From positions 752 to 64,751 of the forward strand of contig JBFMHB010000004.1 of the NCBI GenBank assembly GCA_040752915.1: a stretch of DNA of 64,000 bases, read 5' to 3'. The position numbers were made by a program, and so were the translations under genes. The stretch is from Acidobacteriota bacterium. Its GTDB lineage: Bacteria > Acidobacteriota > UBA4820 > DSQY01. Position 1 is the stretch's first letter, and each line of letters begins with the position of its first letter. A model generated the notes under the pieces. The model had not been told where the DNA came from. It saw only the letters and a program-made list of their open reading frames with translations, and ran no database searches. Shown here one piece after another: positions 18,265 through 28,146 of the stretch.

Positions 18265-19377
18265 ATGGCTGAGGCAATGACGGTTCGACCGGACGTGGGT
18301 TTCATCAAAGAGGTCCTGTGCAGCGGAGGCGGCGACCTGAAGAAGTGCTACCAGTGCGCCACGTGCTCCGTGGTCTGCACTTTGTCGGAGGAGGAGAGAC
18401 CCTTCCCCCGAAAGCAGATGGTCGAGGCCCAATGGGGGCTGAAGGACCGCCTCCTGGGCGATCCGGCCATCTGGCTTTGCCACAACTGCGGGGACTGCTC
18501 CACGCGCTGCCCGCGCGGGGCTCGTCCCGGCGACGTCTTCGGCGCCCTCCGGAGCCAGGCCATCCAGCACTTCGCCTTCCCTGGCTTCCTCGCGCGCCTG
18601 GCGGCGAGGCCCGCGGGGTTGCTCGTCCTCCTCGCGATCCCCGCCCTCCTCTTCGGAATCATGATGGCGCTGAGCCCCGAGGAAGAGACGGAGGTCCTGG
18701 AGTTCGCGTCGGAATTCCCGCTTCCGTGGCTGGAGATCCTGTTCTTCACCGTGGCGGGCCTCGTGACCCTCGGCTTCGGGGTGGGCGTCGCCCGCTTCGT
18801 GAAGGCTCTTCGGGCCCACGGCGCGGACGGGAGCATTCTGGGAGGCCTCGTGCCGGCGGTGGTGGAGATTCTGGCCCACAAGCGCTTCAAGGAGTGCGGA
18901 AAAGAGAAGAACCGCTACTGGGGCCACCTCCTGACGCTCTGGGGCTTCGCCGGCCTGGCCTTCATGGGGACGGTGGTGGGCGTCGGAACCATGGCGGGCT
19001 TCATGCACACCCCGCTGCCCTTCATGGACCCCTCCCGCCCCGCGGAGTCCTTCTTCAAGATCTTCGCCAACGTGTGCGCGGTGGTCATCCTCGCGGGCCT
19101 CGTGGTCCTGCTGGCGGACCGCTTCTCGGACCCCGAAAAGAGGAAGAACAGCACCTATTTCGACTGGCTCTTCCTCCTCTGCCTCACGGGCGTCGTGCTC
19201 ACGGGAATCCTCTCCCAGGGGCTCCGGCTCGCGGACTCCGCCGCGGTCATGTTCCCCATCTACTACGTGCACCTCGTGCTCATCTTCGTCTTGTTCCTTT
19301 TCGCGCCCTACACGAAATTCGCGCACATGGTCTACCGGACGGTGGCCATGGCGGCCGCGAGGAAGGGGGGCGCCTGA
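18265..19377 (+). CDS. qmoC: Qmo subunit C (HdrC-like FeS domain fused to HdrE-like membrane heme b domain)
   Basis: 370 aa with CYQCATCSVVC and CHNCGDCSTRCPRG, followed by about six TM helices. Confidence 0.9.
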   Translation: MAEAMTVRPDVGFIKEVLCSGGGDLKKCYQCATCSVVCTLSEEERPFPRKQMVEAQWGLKDRLLGDPAIWLCHNCGDCSTRCPRGARPGDVFGALRSQAIQHFAFPGFLARLAARPAGLLVLLAIPALLFGIMMALSPEEETEVLEFASEFPLPWLEILFFTVAGLVTLGFGVGVARFVKALRAHGADGSILGGLVPAVVEILAHKRFKECGKEKNRYWGHLLTLWGFAGLAFMGTVVGVGTMAGFMHTPLPFMDPSRPAESFFKIFANVCAVVILAGLVVLLADRFSDPEKRKNSTYFDWLFLLCLTGVVLTGILSQGLRLADSAAVMFPIYYVHLVLIFVLFLFAPYTKFAHMVYRTVAMAAARKGGA

Positions 19378-19427
19378 TCGCAAATCGGACGGAAAGGGGG
19401 ATTTCGGGTACCGCGGGAAACTCGGGT

Positions 19428-19446
19428 GGCCCCGATCGCCGGGGCC
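19428..19446 (+). other. Stem-loop between qmoC and dsrA
   Basis: GGCCCCG-atcgc-CGGGGCC, a 7-bp stem. Confidence 0.35.
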
Positions 19447-19469
19447 GACGGTGAACAGGAGGACTGGAT

Positions 19470-20645
19470 ATGGCGGATGAAAAGTTCAAGACTCCCCTTC
19501 TCGACGAACTGGAGAAGGGCCCCTGGCCGAGCTTCGTAAAGGAGATCAAGCAGGCCCGCAAGGTCAACCCCATGAACGACGACCTGCTGGGGCAGCTCGA
19601 GCTCTCCTACGAAGAGAAGAAGGGCCACTGGAAGCACGGCGGCATCGTGGGCGTGCTGGGCTACGGCGGCGGCGTCATCGGTCGCTACAGCGATGTCCCC
19701 GAAAAGTTCCCGAACGTGGCGCACTTCCACACGATGCGCGTGAACCAGCCCACGGGGTGGTTCTACACGAGCAACGCGCTGAGGACCCTGTGCGACATCT
19801 GGGACCGGCACGGAAGCGGCCTCACCAACATGCACGGCTCCACGGGCGACATCGTCTTCCTGGGCACCAAGACGGACGAACTCGAGCCCACCTTTGCGGA
19901 ACTGGGCAAGGCGGGCTTCGACCTGGGCGGCTCGGGATCCTGCATGCGAACGCCTTCGGCCTGCGTGGGCAAGGCCCGCTGCGAGTGGGCGTGCTACGAC
20001 ACGATGGCCCTCTGCTACTCCTGCACCATGGAGTGGCAGGACGAGCTTCACCGTCCGCCCTTCCCGTACAAGTTCAAGATCAAGTGCTCCGGCTGCCCGA
20101 ACGACTGCGTGGCCTCCATCGCCCGGGCGGACCTCTCCATCATCGGCACCTGGAAGGACGAGATCCAGCAGGACGACGCCGCCGTCGCGGAATACGCGAA
20201 GACGATGAACATCCAGAAGGACGTCTGTGATCGATGCCCCTCCCGGTGCATGTCCTGGGACGGGAAGAAGCTCTCCATCGAGAACCACGACTGCGTCCGC
20301 TGCATGCACTGCATCAACGTGATGCCCAAGGCCCTGCGCCCCGGCAAGGAGCGCGGCGCGACGATCCTCATCGGCGCCAAGGCCCCCATCGTCCAGGGCG
20401 CCCTGCTCTCCTCCGTCCTGGTCCCCTTCGTTCCCGCCGAAGAACTCGATGAGACGGTGAAGGAACTGGTGCGCCGCTGCTGGGACTTCTGGGACGAGTA
20501 CGGCAAGAACCGCGAGCGCATCGGCGAACTCATCCAGCGCGTGGGCATGTCCAACTTCCTCGACGCCATCGGGCTCGAACCCGCGCCCGAGATGGTGGTT
20601 GCCCCGAGGGACAACCCGTACGTCTTCTACAAGAAGGAAGAGTAG
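19470..20645 (+). CDS. dsrA: Dissimilatory sulfite reductase alpha subunit
   Basis: 391 aa. [23 protein letters not shown], siroheme/FeS Cys clusters ([24 protein letters not shown]) and a ferredoxin insert (CPSRC...CVRCMHC). AGGAGG lies upstream. Confidence 0.95.
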   Translation: MADEKFKTPLLDELEKGPWPSFVKEIKQARKVNPMNDDLLGQLELSYEEKKGHWKHGGIVGVLGYGGGVIGRYSDVPEKFPNVAHFHTMRVNQPTGWFYTSNALRTLCDIWDRHGSGLTNMHGSTGDIVFLGTKTDELEPTFAELGKAGFDLGGSGSCMRTPSACVGKARCEWACYDTMALCYSCTMEWQDELHRPPFPYKFKIKCSGCPNDCVASIARADLSIIGTWKDEIQQDDAAVAEYAKTMNIQKDVCDRCPSRCMSWDGKKLSIENHDCVRCMHCINVMPKALRPGKERGATILIGAKAPIVQGALLSSVLVPFVPAEELDETVKELVRRCWDFWDEYGKNRERIGELIQRVGMSNFLDAIGLEPAPEMVVAPRDNPYVFYKKEE

Positions 20646-20703
20646 GCGAGCAGTCTGGTCGTCGGTCGCGACGCGGCCGACTCGATCTTGAGGAGTGGAA
20701 ACG

Positions 20704-21786
20704 ATGGCAGCCGAACCTGTGAAGCGGATCACGGACATCGGTCCTCCGCATTACGAGAAATTCCTCCACCCGATCATCAAGAAGAACTACGGCCAGTGGA
20801 AATACCACGAGTCCATGGGCGCGGGCGTCTTCTTCCACGTGTCCGAGTCGGGGGAAAAGATCTACACCGTGCGCGCGGGCTCTCCCCGCCTCCTGAGCAC
20901 GCAGAGCATCCGGCTCTTCGCGGACCTCGCCGAGAAGTACTGCGGCGGGTACCTCCGGTTCACGAGCCGGAACAACGTCGAATTTCTTCTCGATAACCCG
21001 GCCAACATCGAGCCCCTGAAGAAGGAGCTCACCGCCAACGGATTCCCCGTGGGCGGTACGAACAACGCGATCAGCAACATCGTCCACACCCAGGGCTGGG
21101 TGCACTGCCACTCGTCCGCCACGGACGCTTCGGGCATCGTGAAGTGCGTCATGGACGCCCTCATCGACCGCTTTACCAATGAAAACCTGCCCGGGAAGCT
21201 GCGAATCGCCCTGGCGTGCTGCCTCAACATGTGCGGCGCCGTGCACTGCTCCGACATCGCCATCCTGGGAGTTCACCGCCGGCCCCCGAAGACCCAGCAC
21301 GACATCCTGCCCAAGGTCTGCGAGATCCCGACCCTGATCGCCTCCTGCCCCACGGGCGCCATCCGTCCGGCCACGGTGGACGGCAAGCAGTCCGTCGAGG
21401 TGGTGGAAGAGCAGTGCATGTACTGCGCCAACTGCTACACCGTCTGCCCGGCCATGCCCCTGAACGACCCCGAGAACGACGGGCTGTCGATCTGGGTCGG
21501 CGGGAAGGTGAGCAACGCCCGCACCACGCCCAAGTTCTCCAAGCTGGCCATCCCCTTCATCCCGAACAACCCCCCGCGCTGGCCCGAGGTGGTGGAGGCG
21601 GTGGTCAATATCGTCGAGGTGTACGCCAAGCACGCGCGGAAGTACGAGCGCATGGGCGAGTTCATCGACCGAATCGGCTGGCCGCGGTTCTTCGAACTGA
21701 CGGGCATCCCCTTCACTCGCTACCACATCGACGATTTCAAGAACGCGGGGCTGACGTACGCCCGCTCGACGCATATCAAGTTCTAG
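20704..21786 (+). CDS. dsrB: Dissimilatory sulfite reductase beta subunit
   Basis: Frame of ORF 20695..21786. ATG 20704 is preceded by GAGGAG (20690-20695). [50 protein letters not shown]. Confidence 0.95.
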   Translation: MAAEPVKRITDIGPPHYEKFLHPIIKKNYGQWKYHESMGAGVFFHVSESGEKIYTVRAGSPRLLSTQSIRLFADLAEKYCGGYLRFTSRNNVEFLLDNPANIEPLKKELTANGFPVGGTNNAISNIVHTQGWVHCHSSATDASGIVKCVMDALIDRFTNENLPGKLRIALACCLNMCGAVHCSDIAILGVHRRPPKTQHDILPKVCEIPTLIASCPTGAIRPATVDGKQSVEVVEEQCMYCANCYTVCPAMPLNDPENDGLSIWVGGKVSNARTTPKFSKLAIPFIPNNPPRWPEVVEAVVNIVEVYAKHARKYERMGEFIDRIGWPRFFELTGIPFTRYHIDDFKNAGLTYARSTHIKF

Positions 21787-21796
21787 CGCGAGGAGA

Positions 21797-21827
21797 GCGA
21801 GGGGACGGGCCCAGGCCCTCCCCTCGC
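21797..21827 (+). other. GC-rich stem-loop after dsrB
   Basis: GCGAGGGGACGGGCC-ca-GGCCCTCCCCTCGC, a ~14-bp stem with one bulge. Confidence 0.5.
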
Positions 21828-21849
21828 CCCTCCCGCACGGAGGCAAGCG

Positions 21850-22098
21850 ATGGCCGTTTCCACCGAACAGCTCGCCGAAGAGATGTTCCAGATGGTCAAG
21901 GAGACCATGGGGAAGAAAAACCTGAAGGCCGGCGACCTGACCAAAGCCATGATCGCCAAGTACGGCGAGGGCGAGGTCAGCAAGGACGACTGCAAGGCCG
22001 CCATCCGCATCCTCATGGATTCGGGCCGCTGCGTCTACAGCTACTTCGGGGGCAGTTACATCACGTTGCCGCACAAGGAGGGAGCCGCGCCGGAATGA
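21850..22098 (+). CDS. dsrD: DsrD (small winged-helix protein, marker of reductive-type dsr loci)
   Basis: 82 aa positioned right after dsrB. The sequence is DsrD-like (MGKKNLKAGDLTKAM ... ILMDSGRCVYSYFGGSYITLPHKEG). Confidence 0.85.
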   Translation: MAVSTEQLAEEMFQMVKETMGKKNLKAGDLTKAMIAKYGEGEVSKDDCKAAIRILMDSGRCVYSYFGGSYITLPHKEGAAPE

Positions 22099-22112
22099 CC
22101 TCCGGCCGAGCC

Positions 22113-22138
22113 GCGGGCGGGGGAGCGTCCCCGCCCGC
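22113..22138 (+). other. GC-rich stem-loop after dsrD
   Basis: GCGGGCGGGG-gagcgt-CCCCGCCCGC, a perfect 10-bp stem with no U-tract. Confidence 0.5.
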
Positions 22139-22189
22139 CCCGATGGTTGGAAGGGGGAGCGAGGGGGATCCACACACTAGGAGGATCCG

Positions 22190-22624
22190 ATGACCGAGAA
22201 AGCCGCAGAAAACCTCCAGGAGCTGGTGACGACCCTGAAACGGTGGCAGGAGATCGAGGCGGCCACCATCCAGCATACGTCCATGATCATGGAAAAGACC
22301 CACAACCCGCTGATCCGCATCGTGATGGAGATCATCCGCCAGGACTCCGCCATGCACAAGCGCGTTCAGCAGGTGATTCTGGACAGCCTGGAGAAGGAGG
22401 CCTTTACGCTCACCCCCGAGGAGCTGGCCGACATTTGGACGCTCATTGAAGAGCACGCCAAAATGGAAAAGGAGACCATCGAGCTCGCCGAGAAGGCGCA
22501 GAAGAACTGCCGCCTTTTCGTCCAGCGGCACCTTCTCTCGTACCTCATCCAGGACGAGCAGAAGCACGACCGGCTCCTGAGCCAGCTCGAGGACTTCAAG
22601 AGGAAGATCTACCCCTACGCGTGA
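22190..22624 (+). CDS. All-helical E/H-rich protein (ferritin-like four-helix-bundle appearance), unknown function
   Basis: 144 aa with no Cys clusters. Repeated acidic/His motifs are present: QEIEAATIQH, EIIRQDSAMH, EEHAKME, DEQKHD. Confidence 0.55.
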   Translation: MTEKAAENLQELVTTLKRWQEIEAATIQHTSMIMEKTHNPLIRIVMEIIRQDSAMHKRVQQVILDSLEKEAFTLTPEELADIWTLIEEHAKMEKETIELAEKAQKNCRLFVQRHLLSYLIQDEQKHDRLLSQLEDFKRKIYPYA

Positions 22625-22724
22625 TGGGGGTGACGGCGAACGGTGAAGAGAGGATGGGGAAGCCCACGTTCAGGGACCTCCCCCCCGGCGTTCACCTTTT
22701 CGATCCAACAGGAAAGGAAACCCC

Positions 22725-24386
22725 ATGGGCCTGTTCAAAGAAGTGAAGAAGCCGGTCATCAAGTCGGGGCCCACGTCGGGCGGGGAGATCAGCCCGCTCC
22801 GCCCGAGGTACCAGGTCAAGACGCCTCCCTGCATGGGCCACTGCCCGAGCGGAACGGACATTCGCGCCTGGCTCACCACCATCGCCCAGGCCGAGGCCTA
22901 CGGCCGCACGCATGAACAGGCCTACGAGATCGCCTGGCGCAAGATCACGGACATGAACCCCTTTCCGGCCACGTGCGGCCGCGTCTGTCCGCACCCCTGC
23001 GAGGACCACTGCAACCGGGGGGGCAAGGAAGGGCCCGTGGCCATCAACGCGCTCGAGCGCTTCATCGGCGACTTCGGGCTCCAGAAGAACCTGAGCCTGG
23101 GCCGCCTCTCCGAGGAGAAGCACCCCGAGAAAGTGGCCGTCGTCGGCGCGGGCCCGGCGGGCTTGTCGTGCGCCTACCAGCTCGCGCGCAGGGGATATTC
23201 GGTGACCGTCTTCGAGGCCTTCAGCAAGCCCGGTGGAATGCTCCGGTACGGCATCCCCAAGTACCGCCTTCCCCGGGAGGTTCTGGACGGCGAAATCCAG
23301 AAGATTCTGGATCTCGGCGTGGAACTGAGGTGCGGCACGGTCATCGGTAAGGACATCCCCATCGACCAGCTCCGCAAGGACTACAAGGCCGTCTTCGTGG
23401 GGATCGGCGCCCACAAGGGGATCAAGTTGCGCGTCCCCGGCGAGGATTCGCCGAACGTGTTCACCGGAACGGAGTTCCTCAACAAGGTCAACTCGGGCGA
23501 GGAGGTGAAGGTGGGAGGGAAGGTCCTCGTCATCGGGGGCGGGGACACGGCCATTGACGCGGCACGCATCAGCAAGCGGCTGGGTGCCGACGTGACGATC
23601 GTCTACCGCCGGACCCGCGCGGAGATGCCCGCCATCGCTCCCGAGATCGAGGGCGCCCTCGAGGAAGGCGTCCGGATCGAGTACCTGGCCGCCCCGGTGG
23701 AGATCCTGGTGAAGGACGGCCTGGCCGTGGGAATGAAGTGCATCCGCATGGAACTGGGCGAGCCCGACGCCTCCGGACGCCGCCGCCCCGTGCCGAAAGC
23801 GGGCAGCGAGTTCGACATCGAGGCCACGGCCATCATCGCCGCCATCAGCCAGGAGCCCGCCTTCGACGGCTTCGAGATGCTCAAGGAAGGCAAGGATTGG
23901 ATCAAGGTGGACGATTGGGGCAAGACCAAGGAGGACGGGGTCTTCGCCGGAGGCGACAACGTGGAACTGGGGCTCGTGACCATCGCCATCGCCCAGGGCC
24001 GCTTCGCCGCCGAGGCCATCGACGCCCGCTTCCGCGGCAAGCCGCTTGAGAAGCCCCAGGCGCCCCCGGTGGTGACCAAGGAGAAGATGAAACTCGCGTG
24101 GTACAAGGAGATGGCCCGCAACGAGCGGTCCCACGTTCCCCCCGAACAGAGGGGGATGGATACGGAGATCGAGCAGGGCCTCACCGAGGAGCAGGTCCTC
24201 GCCGAGACGGGCCGCTGCATGTCCTGCGGCCTCTGCATGGACTGCGAGACCTGCTGGATGTACTGCACCAACAGCTGTTTCGTCAAACTGCCGAAGGGCG
24301 AGCACTACAAGATCAAACTGGAAGTGTGCAACGGTTGCAAGAAGTGCGCCGAGGAGTGCCCCTGCGGGTACATCGACCTGGTGTAG
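22725..24386 (+). CDS. dsrL: DsrL-type NAD(P)H:acceptor oxidoreductase (GltD-like with C-terminal ferredoxin domain)
   Basis: 553 aa. N-terminal FeS Cys (CMGHCPSG, CGRVCPHPCEDHC), a FAD fold (VAVVGAGPAGLSCA), a second Rossmann fold (VLVIGGGDTAIDAAR followed by VTIVYRR), and a C-terminal 2x[4Fe-4S] region (CMSCGLCMDCETC, CNGCKKCAEECP). Confidence 0.85.
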   Translation: MGLFKEVKKPVIKSGPTSGGEISPLRPRYQVKTPPCMGHCPSGTDIRAWLTTIAQAEAYGRTHEQAYEIAWRKITDMNPFPATCGRVCPHPCEDHCNRGGKEGPVAINALERFIGDFGLQKNLSLGRLSEEKHPEKVAVVGAGPAGLSCAYQLARRGYSVTVFEAFSKPGGMLRYGIPKYRLPREVLDGEIQKILDLGVELRCGTVIGKDIPIDQLRKDYKAVFVGIGAHKGIKLRVPGEDSPNVFTGTEFLNKVNSGEEVKVGGKVLVIGGGDTAIDAARISKRLGADVTIVYRRTRAEMPAIAPEIEGALEEGVRIEYLAAPVEILVKDGLAVGMKCIRMELGEPDASGRRRPVPKAGSEFDIEATAIIAAISQEPAFDGFEMLKEGKDWIKVDDWGKTKEDGVFAGGDNVELGLVTIAIAQGRFAAEAIDARFRGKPLEKPQAPPVVTKEKMKLAWYKEMARNERSHVPPEQRGMDTEIEQGLTEEQVLAETGRCMSCGLCMDCETCWMYCTNSCFVKLPKGEHYKIKLEVCNGCKKCAEECPCGYIDLV

Positions 24387-24531
24387 GGGAGGCCGAGGCG
24401 GGATCGGAATCGCGTGGGTTGAGCGCGGAAGAGAAAGCCTGGAGGCCCTGCGGCCGGCCGCGGGGAATCCTGGGCCCGACGCTCAGTGAGAGGTGCGACG
24501 AGCCGGACCAGCGGCAGAGGAGGTACAGACC

Positions 24532-24849
24532 GTGCCGACCATCGAACTGAACGGACACAGCTACGTCGTGGATGAGGACGGGTTCCTTGAAGATCCGGGC
24601 ATCTGGAACGAGGAAGTGGCGAAGGACTTCGCCCTCACCGAGGGCGTCACGGAGCTCACGGAAGACCACTGGAAGATGATCCACTACCTGAGGAACTACT
24701 ACCTCCAGTTCGGCATCGCCCCGATGATCCGGAAGCTCTGCAAGGAGACGGGATTCCCGCTGAACAAGGTCTACGAACTCTTCCCCTCCGGTCCGGCCAA
24801 GGGCGCCTGCAAGCTCGCCGGCCTCCCGAAGCCGACGGGGTGCGTGTAA
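24532..24849 (+). CDS. dsrC: DsrC (sulfur-trafficking protein with two conserved C-terminal Cys)
   Basis: In frame with ORF 24493..24849. GTG 24532 follows GAGGAGG (24517-24523). The C-terminus CKLAGLPKPTGCV is the DsrC signature. Confidence 0.9.
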   Translation: MPTIELNGHSYVVDEDGFLEDPGIWNEEVAKDFALTEGVTELTEDHWKMIHYLRNYYLQFGIAPMIRKLCKETGFPLNKVYELFPSGPAKGACKLAGLPKPTGCV

Positions 24850-24904
24850 GAGGAATGGGGGGAGGTCCGCGGCGCCCGGGGGGGTGACGCCGGCGGACCC
24901 CGCG

Positions 24905-24939
24905 CCGAGGTGGGGGGGCTTTGAGCCCCCTCACCTCGG
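24905..24939 (+). other. Strong stem-loop after dsrC
   Basis: CCGAGGTGGGGGGGC-tttga-GCCCCCTCACCTCGG, a 15-bp stem with one G-T pair. Confidence 0.6.
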
Positions 24940-24974
24940 TCTCACGCGGCGGAACGAGGGGGGCGGGGGGCCTC

Positions 24975-25499
24975 ATGGGGATCCTGTCGGAACTCGAGGA
25001 AAGGAGGTCGGCGCTGATCGAAGCGTGGGAAGACGCCGTCCTCCAAGCCTATCCGGAGCAGACCGGGCGCTTTCTCCGCGAGGTCAAGGATCCCTTCAGC
25101 AATCCAGTGGGGGCGACGCTCCGGGAGAACCTCCCCGTCGTCTTCGACGTCCTGCTGGGACGTTCCGCCGAGGACCGGTCCGAGGAGTCCCTGGACCGGA
25201 TCGTCCGCCTGAGGGCCGTGCAGGACTTCACCGCCGGCCAGGCGGTCGGCTTCGTGTTCCTGCTGAAGAGGATCTTGCGGCGGGAGCTGGCCGAAGCGGC
25301 GCGCGCCGACGCGGACGGCTGGGCCCGGATCGAGGACGAGATCGACGGCCTCGCCGTGCGCGCCTTCGAGGCCTTCGTGCGGTGCCGCGAGAAGATCTTC
25401 GAAATCAAGGCCGATGAGGCGAGGCGCCGGGTCTTCGTGCTGGAGAGGCGCTACGCGGCCGCCCCGCCCGATCCGGAGGGAGAAGGAGAAGTGAAGTGA
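24975..25499 (+). CDS. dsrT: DsrT-like protein (RsbRD N-terminal-like helical protein preceding dsrMKJOP)
   Basis: Frame of ORF 24921..25499. I start at ATG 24975 because the longer start lies inside the dsrC hairpin. Position and size match dsrT of sulfate reducers. Confidence 0.6.
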   Translation: MGILSELEERRSALIEAWEDAVLQAYPEQTGRFLREVKDPFSNPVGATLRENLPVVFDVLLGRSAEDRSEESLDRIVRLRAVQDFTAGQAVGFVFLLKRILRRELAEAARADADGWARIEDEIDGLAVRAFEAFVRCREKIFEIKADEARRRVFVLERRYAAAPPDPEGEGEVK

Positions 25500-25533
25500 C
25501 CGCACACCCGAATGTCAAGCGAGGTGATGGTCC

Positions 25534-26526
25534 ATGAACGTCTTCATCGCATTCGCGCTCGTGGCGCTCCTTTCGGCCGCCGCCTTCCTGGGCGGGACGT
25601 CCGCAGGGTTGCGCACGCTCTTCGGCGTGTACCTTCCGTACGCCGCGGTGGCCACTTTTCTCGTGGGGGTGATCCTCAAGGTCCTGGCCTGGGCCAAGGT
25701 GCCGGTGCCCTTCCGCATCCCCACGACCTGCGGCCAGCAGAAGAGCCTGCCCTGGATCCAGCACTCCCGTCTCGACAGCCCCTTCACCTTCCTGGGCGTC
25801 GTCGGGCGGATGGCCCTCGAGGTCCTCTTGTTCCGCTCGCTCTTCCGGAACACGAAAGCGGAATTGAGGGAAGGCCCGCGGCTCGTCTACGGCGAGGAGA
25901 AGTGGCTGTGGCTGGCGGCCATGGCCTTTCACTGGTCCTTTCTGGTGGTCTTCGTTCGGCATCTTCGGTTCTTCATGGAGCCCGTGCCGTGGCTGGTCGG
26001 GATCGTGGAGACGGCCGACTCGTTCTTCCAGATCGGAGCCCCCATCCTCTACCTCACGGACCTCTTCCTCCTCGCGGCGCTGGGGTACCTGCTGTTCAGA
26101 AGGCTCTACGATCCGCAGGTTCGGTATCTCTCCCTCCTGGCGGACTACTTTCCCCTCCTGCTCCTGATCGGCCTGTGCGGGACGGGCGTGCTCATGCGGT
26201 ACTTCGCGCGGGTGGACATCGTGGCGATCAAGGAACTGGCCATGGGGCTGGTGACCTTCAAGCCGGTGGTGCCCGAGACCGTGGGGCCGCTCTTCTTCGT
26301 CCATCTTTTCCTCCTGTCGGTGCTCATCGCCTACTTCCCCTTCAGCAAGCTCATGCACCTGGGCGGCGTCTTCCTCAGCCCCACGAGGAACCTCGCCAAC
26401 AACAACCGGGCGAAGCGGCACGTGAACCCCTGGAACTACCCCGTGAAGGTGCACACCTACGCGGAGTGGGAGGAGGAGTTCCGCGACAAGATCAAGCTGG
26501 CGGGGCTCCCGCTGGACAAGGAGTGA
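25534..26526 (+). CDS. dsrM: DsrM (NarI-like membrane diheme b subunit)
   Basis: 330 aa polytopic protein that directly precedes dsrK. Confidence 0.85.
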   Translation: MNVFIAFALVALLSAAAFLGGTSAGLRTLFGVYLPYAAVATFLVGVILKVLAWAKVPVPFRIPTTCGQQKSLPWIQHSRLDSPFTFLGVVGRMALEVLLFRSLFRNTKAELREGPRLVYGEEKWLWLAAMAFHWSFLVVFVRHLRFFMEPVPWLVGIVETADSFFQIGAPILYLTDLFLLAALGYLLFRRLYDPQVRYLSLLADYFPLLLLIGLCGTGVLMRYFARVDIVAIKELAMGLVTFKPVVPETVGPLFFVHLFLLSVLIAYFPFSKLMHLGGVFLSPTRNLANNNRAKRHVNPWNYPVKVHTYAEWEEEFRDKIKLAGLPLDKE

Positions 26527-26529
26527 GCC

Positions 26530-28146
26530 ATGGCCGAACAGCATCCGACCCCTGAACAGCTCACCCGCATCGACTACAAGCCCCCCAAGCGCGGCTGGAT
26601 GGACCCAAAGGTCGAATTCCGCCGTGGAACCTACTGCTACAGCGCTCTCCCCAAGAGCATGGCCTACGTGGACCTGCCCAACCCGAGGGTCTGGCAGCCG
26701 CACGACGAGGACTGGAAGCTCCCTCCCGACTGGCAGAAGATCATCCTCGACGGCATGAAGGAGCGCCTGGAGAAATACCGCTCCTTCCGCCTCTTCATGG
26801 ACATCTGCGTCCGCTGCGGGGCCTGCGCCGACAAGTGCCACTTCTACGTGGGCTCGGGCGACCCCAAGAACATGCCCGTCCTGCGCGCCGAACTCATCCG
26901 GTCGGTCTACCGCCGGTACTTCACGCCCGCCGGCAAGATGCTCGGCGGCCTGGCGGGGGGCCGCGAACTCACCGTGGACGTGCTCAAGGAGTGGTTCTAC
27001 TACTTCTACCAGTGCACCGAGTGCCGGCGATGCTCGGTCTTCTGCCCCTACGGCATCGACACGGCCGAGGTCACCATGATCGGCCGAGAGCTGCTCAACC
27101 TGGTGGGGTGCAACATCAACTGGGTGGTGGACCCGGTGGCGAACTGCTTCCGCACGGGCAACCACCTCGGCATCCAGCCGCATGGCTTCGTCGATTCGAT
27201 CCAGATGGCCTGCGACGACATCGAAGAGGTGACGGGCATCCGGGTGGATCCCCCCATCAACCGGAAGGGCGCCGACATCCTCTTCGTGACCCCCTCGGCG
27301 GACTATTTCGGCTCGCCGCACTACTACTCGCTCATGGGCTACCTCATGCTCTTCAAGGAGCTGGGGCTCAACTACACGTGGAGCGCCTACGCGGGGGAGG
27401 GCGGAAACTTCGGCCTCTTCACCAGCCACGAGATGATCAAGCGCCTGAACCACAAGATCTACCACGAGGCCAAACGCCTGGGCGTCAAGTGGATCCTCGG
27501 AGGGGAATGCGGCCACATGTGGCGGGTCCTCCACCAGTACATGGACACCATGAACGGGCCCGCGGACTTCCTGGAGGTGCCGAGATCCCCCATCACGGGA
27601 ACCGTCTTTGAAAACGCCAAATCCACGAAGATGGTCCACATCACCGAGTTCACCGCGGACCTCATCAAGCACGGGAAGATCAAGCTCGACCCGAGCCGGA
27701 ACGACCACTGGAACGTCACGTACCACGACTCCTGCAATCCGGCCCGGGCCATGGGCCTCTTCGAGGAGCCGCGGTACGTGATCCGGAACACGTGCCGGAA
27801 TTTCCACGACATGCCCGAGAACACGATTCGAGAGCAGACGTTCTGCTGCGGCTCCGGCGCGGGGCTCGGCACCGATGAGAACTTCGAAATGCGCATGCGG
27901 GGAGGCTTCCCGAGAGCCAACGCCGTGCGCTTCGTGAGGGACAGGCACGGCGTCAACATGCTGGCCTGCATTTGCGCCATCGACAAGGCGAACCTCTCGG
28001 CCCTCATGGAATATTGGGTGCCCGAGGTTCAGGTGGGGGGCATCCACGAATTCGTGGGCAACGCCCTCGTGATGACCGGGGAAAAGGAGCGGACCGTGGA
28101 CCTGAGGCTCACTCCGCTCAAGGCGAAGGAGGAAGCCAATGCGTGA
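26530..28146 (+). CDS. dsrK: DsrK (HdrD-like catalytic FeS subunit)
   Basis: 538 aa. CVRCGACADKC and CTECRRCSVFCPYG, plus C-terminal CCG-type motifs (CNPARAMG, FCCGSGAG). Confidence 0.9.
   Translation: MAEQHPTPEQLTRIDYKPPKRGWMDPKVEFRRGTYCYSALPKSMAYVDLPNPRVWQPHDEDWKLPPDWQKIILDGMKERLEKYRSFRLFMDICVRCGACADKCHFYVGSGDPKNMPVLRAELIRSVYRRYFTPAGKMLGGLAGGRELTVDVLKEWFYYFYQCTECRRCSVFCPYGIDTAEVTMIGRELLNLVGCNINWVVDPVANCFRTGNHLGIQPHGFVDSIQMACDDIEEVTGIRVDPPINRKGADILFVTPSADYFGSPHYYSLMGYLMLFKELGLNYTWSAYAGEGGNFGLFTSHEMIKRLNHKIYHEAKRLGVKWILGGECGHMWRVLHQYMDTMNGPADFLEVPRSPITGTVFENAKSTKMVHITEFTADLIKHGKIKLDPSRNDHWNVTYHDSCNPARAMGLFEEPRYVIRNTCRNFHDMPENTIREQTFCCGSGAGLGTDENFEMRMRGGFPRANAVRFVRDRHGVNMLACICAIDKANLSALMEYWVPEVQVGGIHEFVGNALVMTGEKERTVDLRLTPLKAKEEANA

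Noticed and set aside
24921-24974. Longer start for dsrT at 24921
   Set aside because: It would begin inside the 15-bp stem-loop that follows dsrC, and it adds a featureless G/R-rich peptide. ATG 24975 gives an MGILSELEER helical start.
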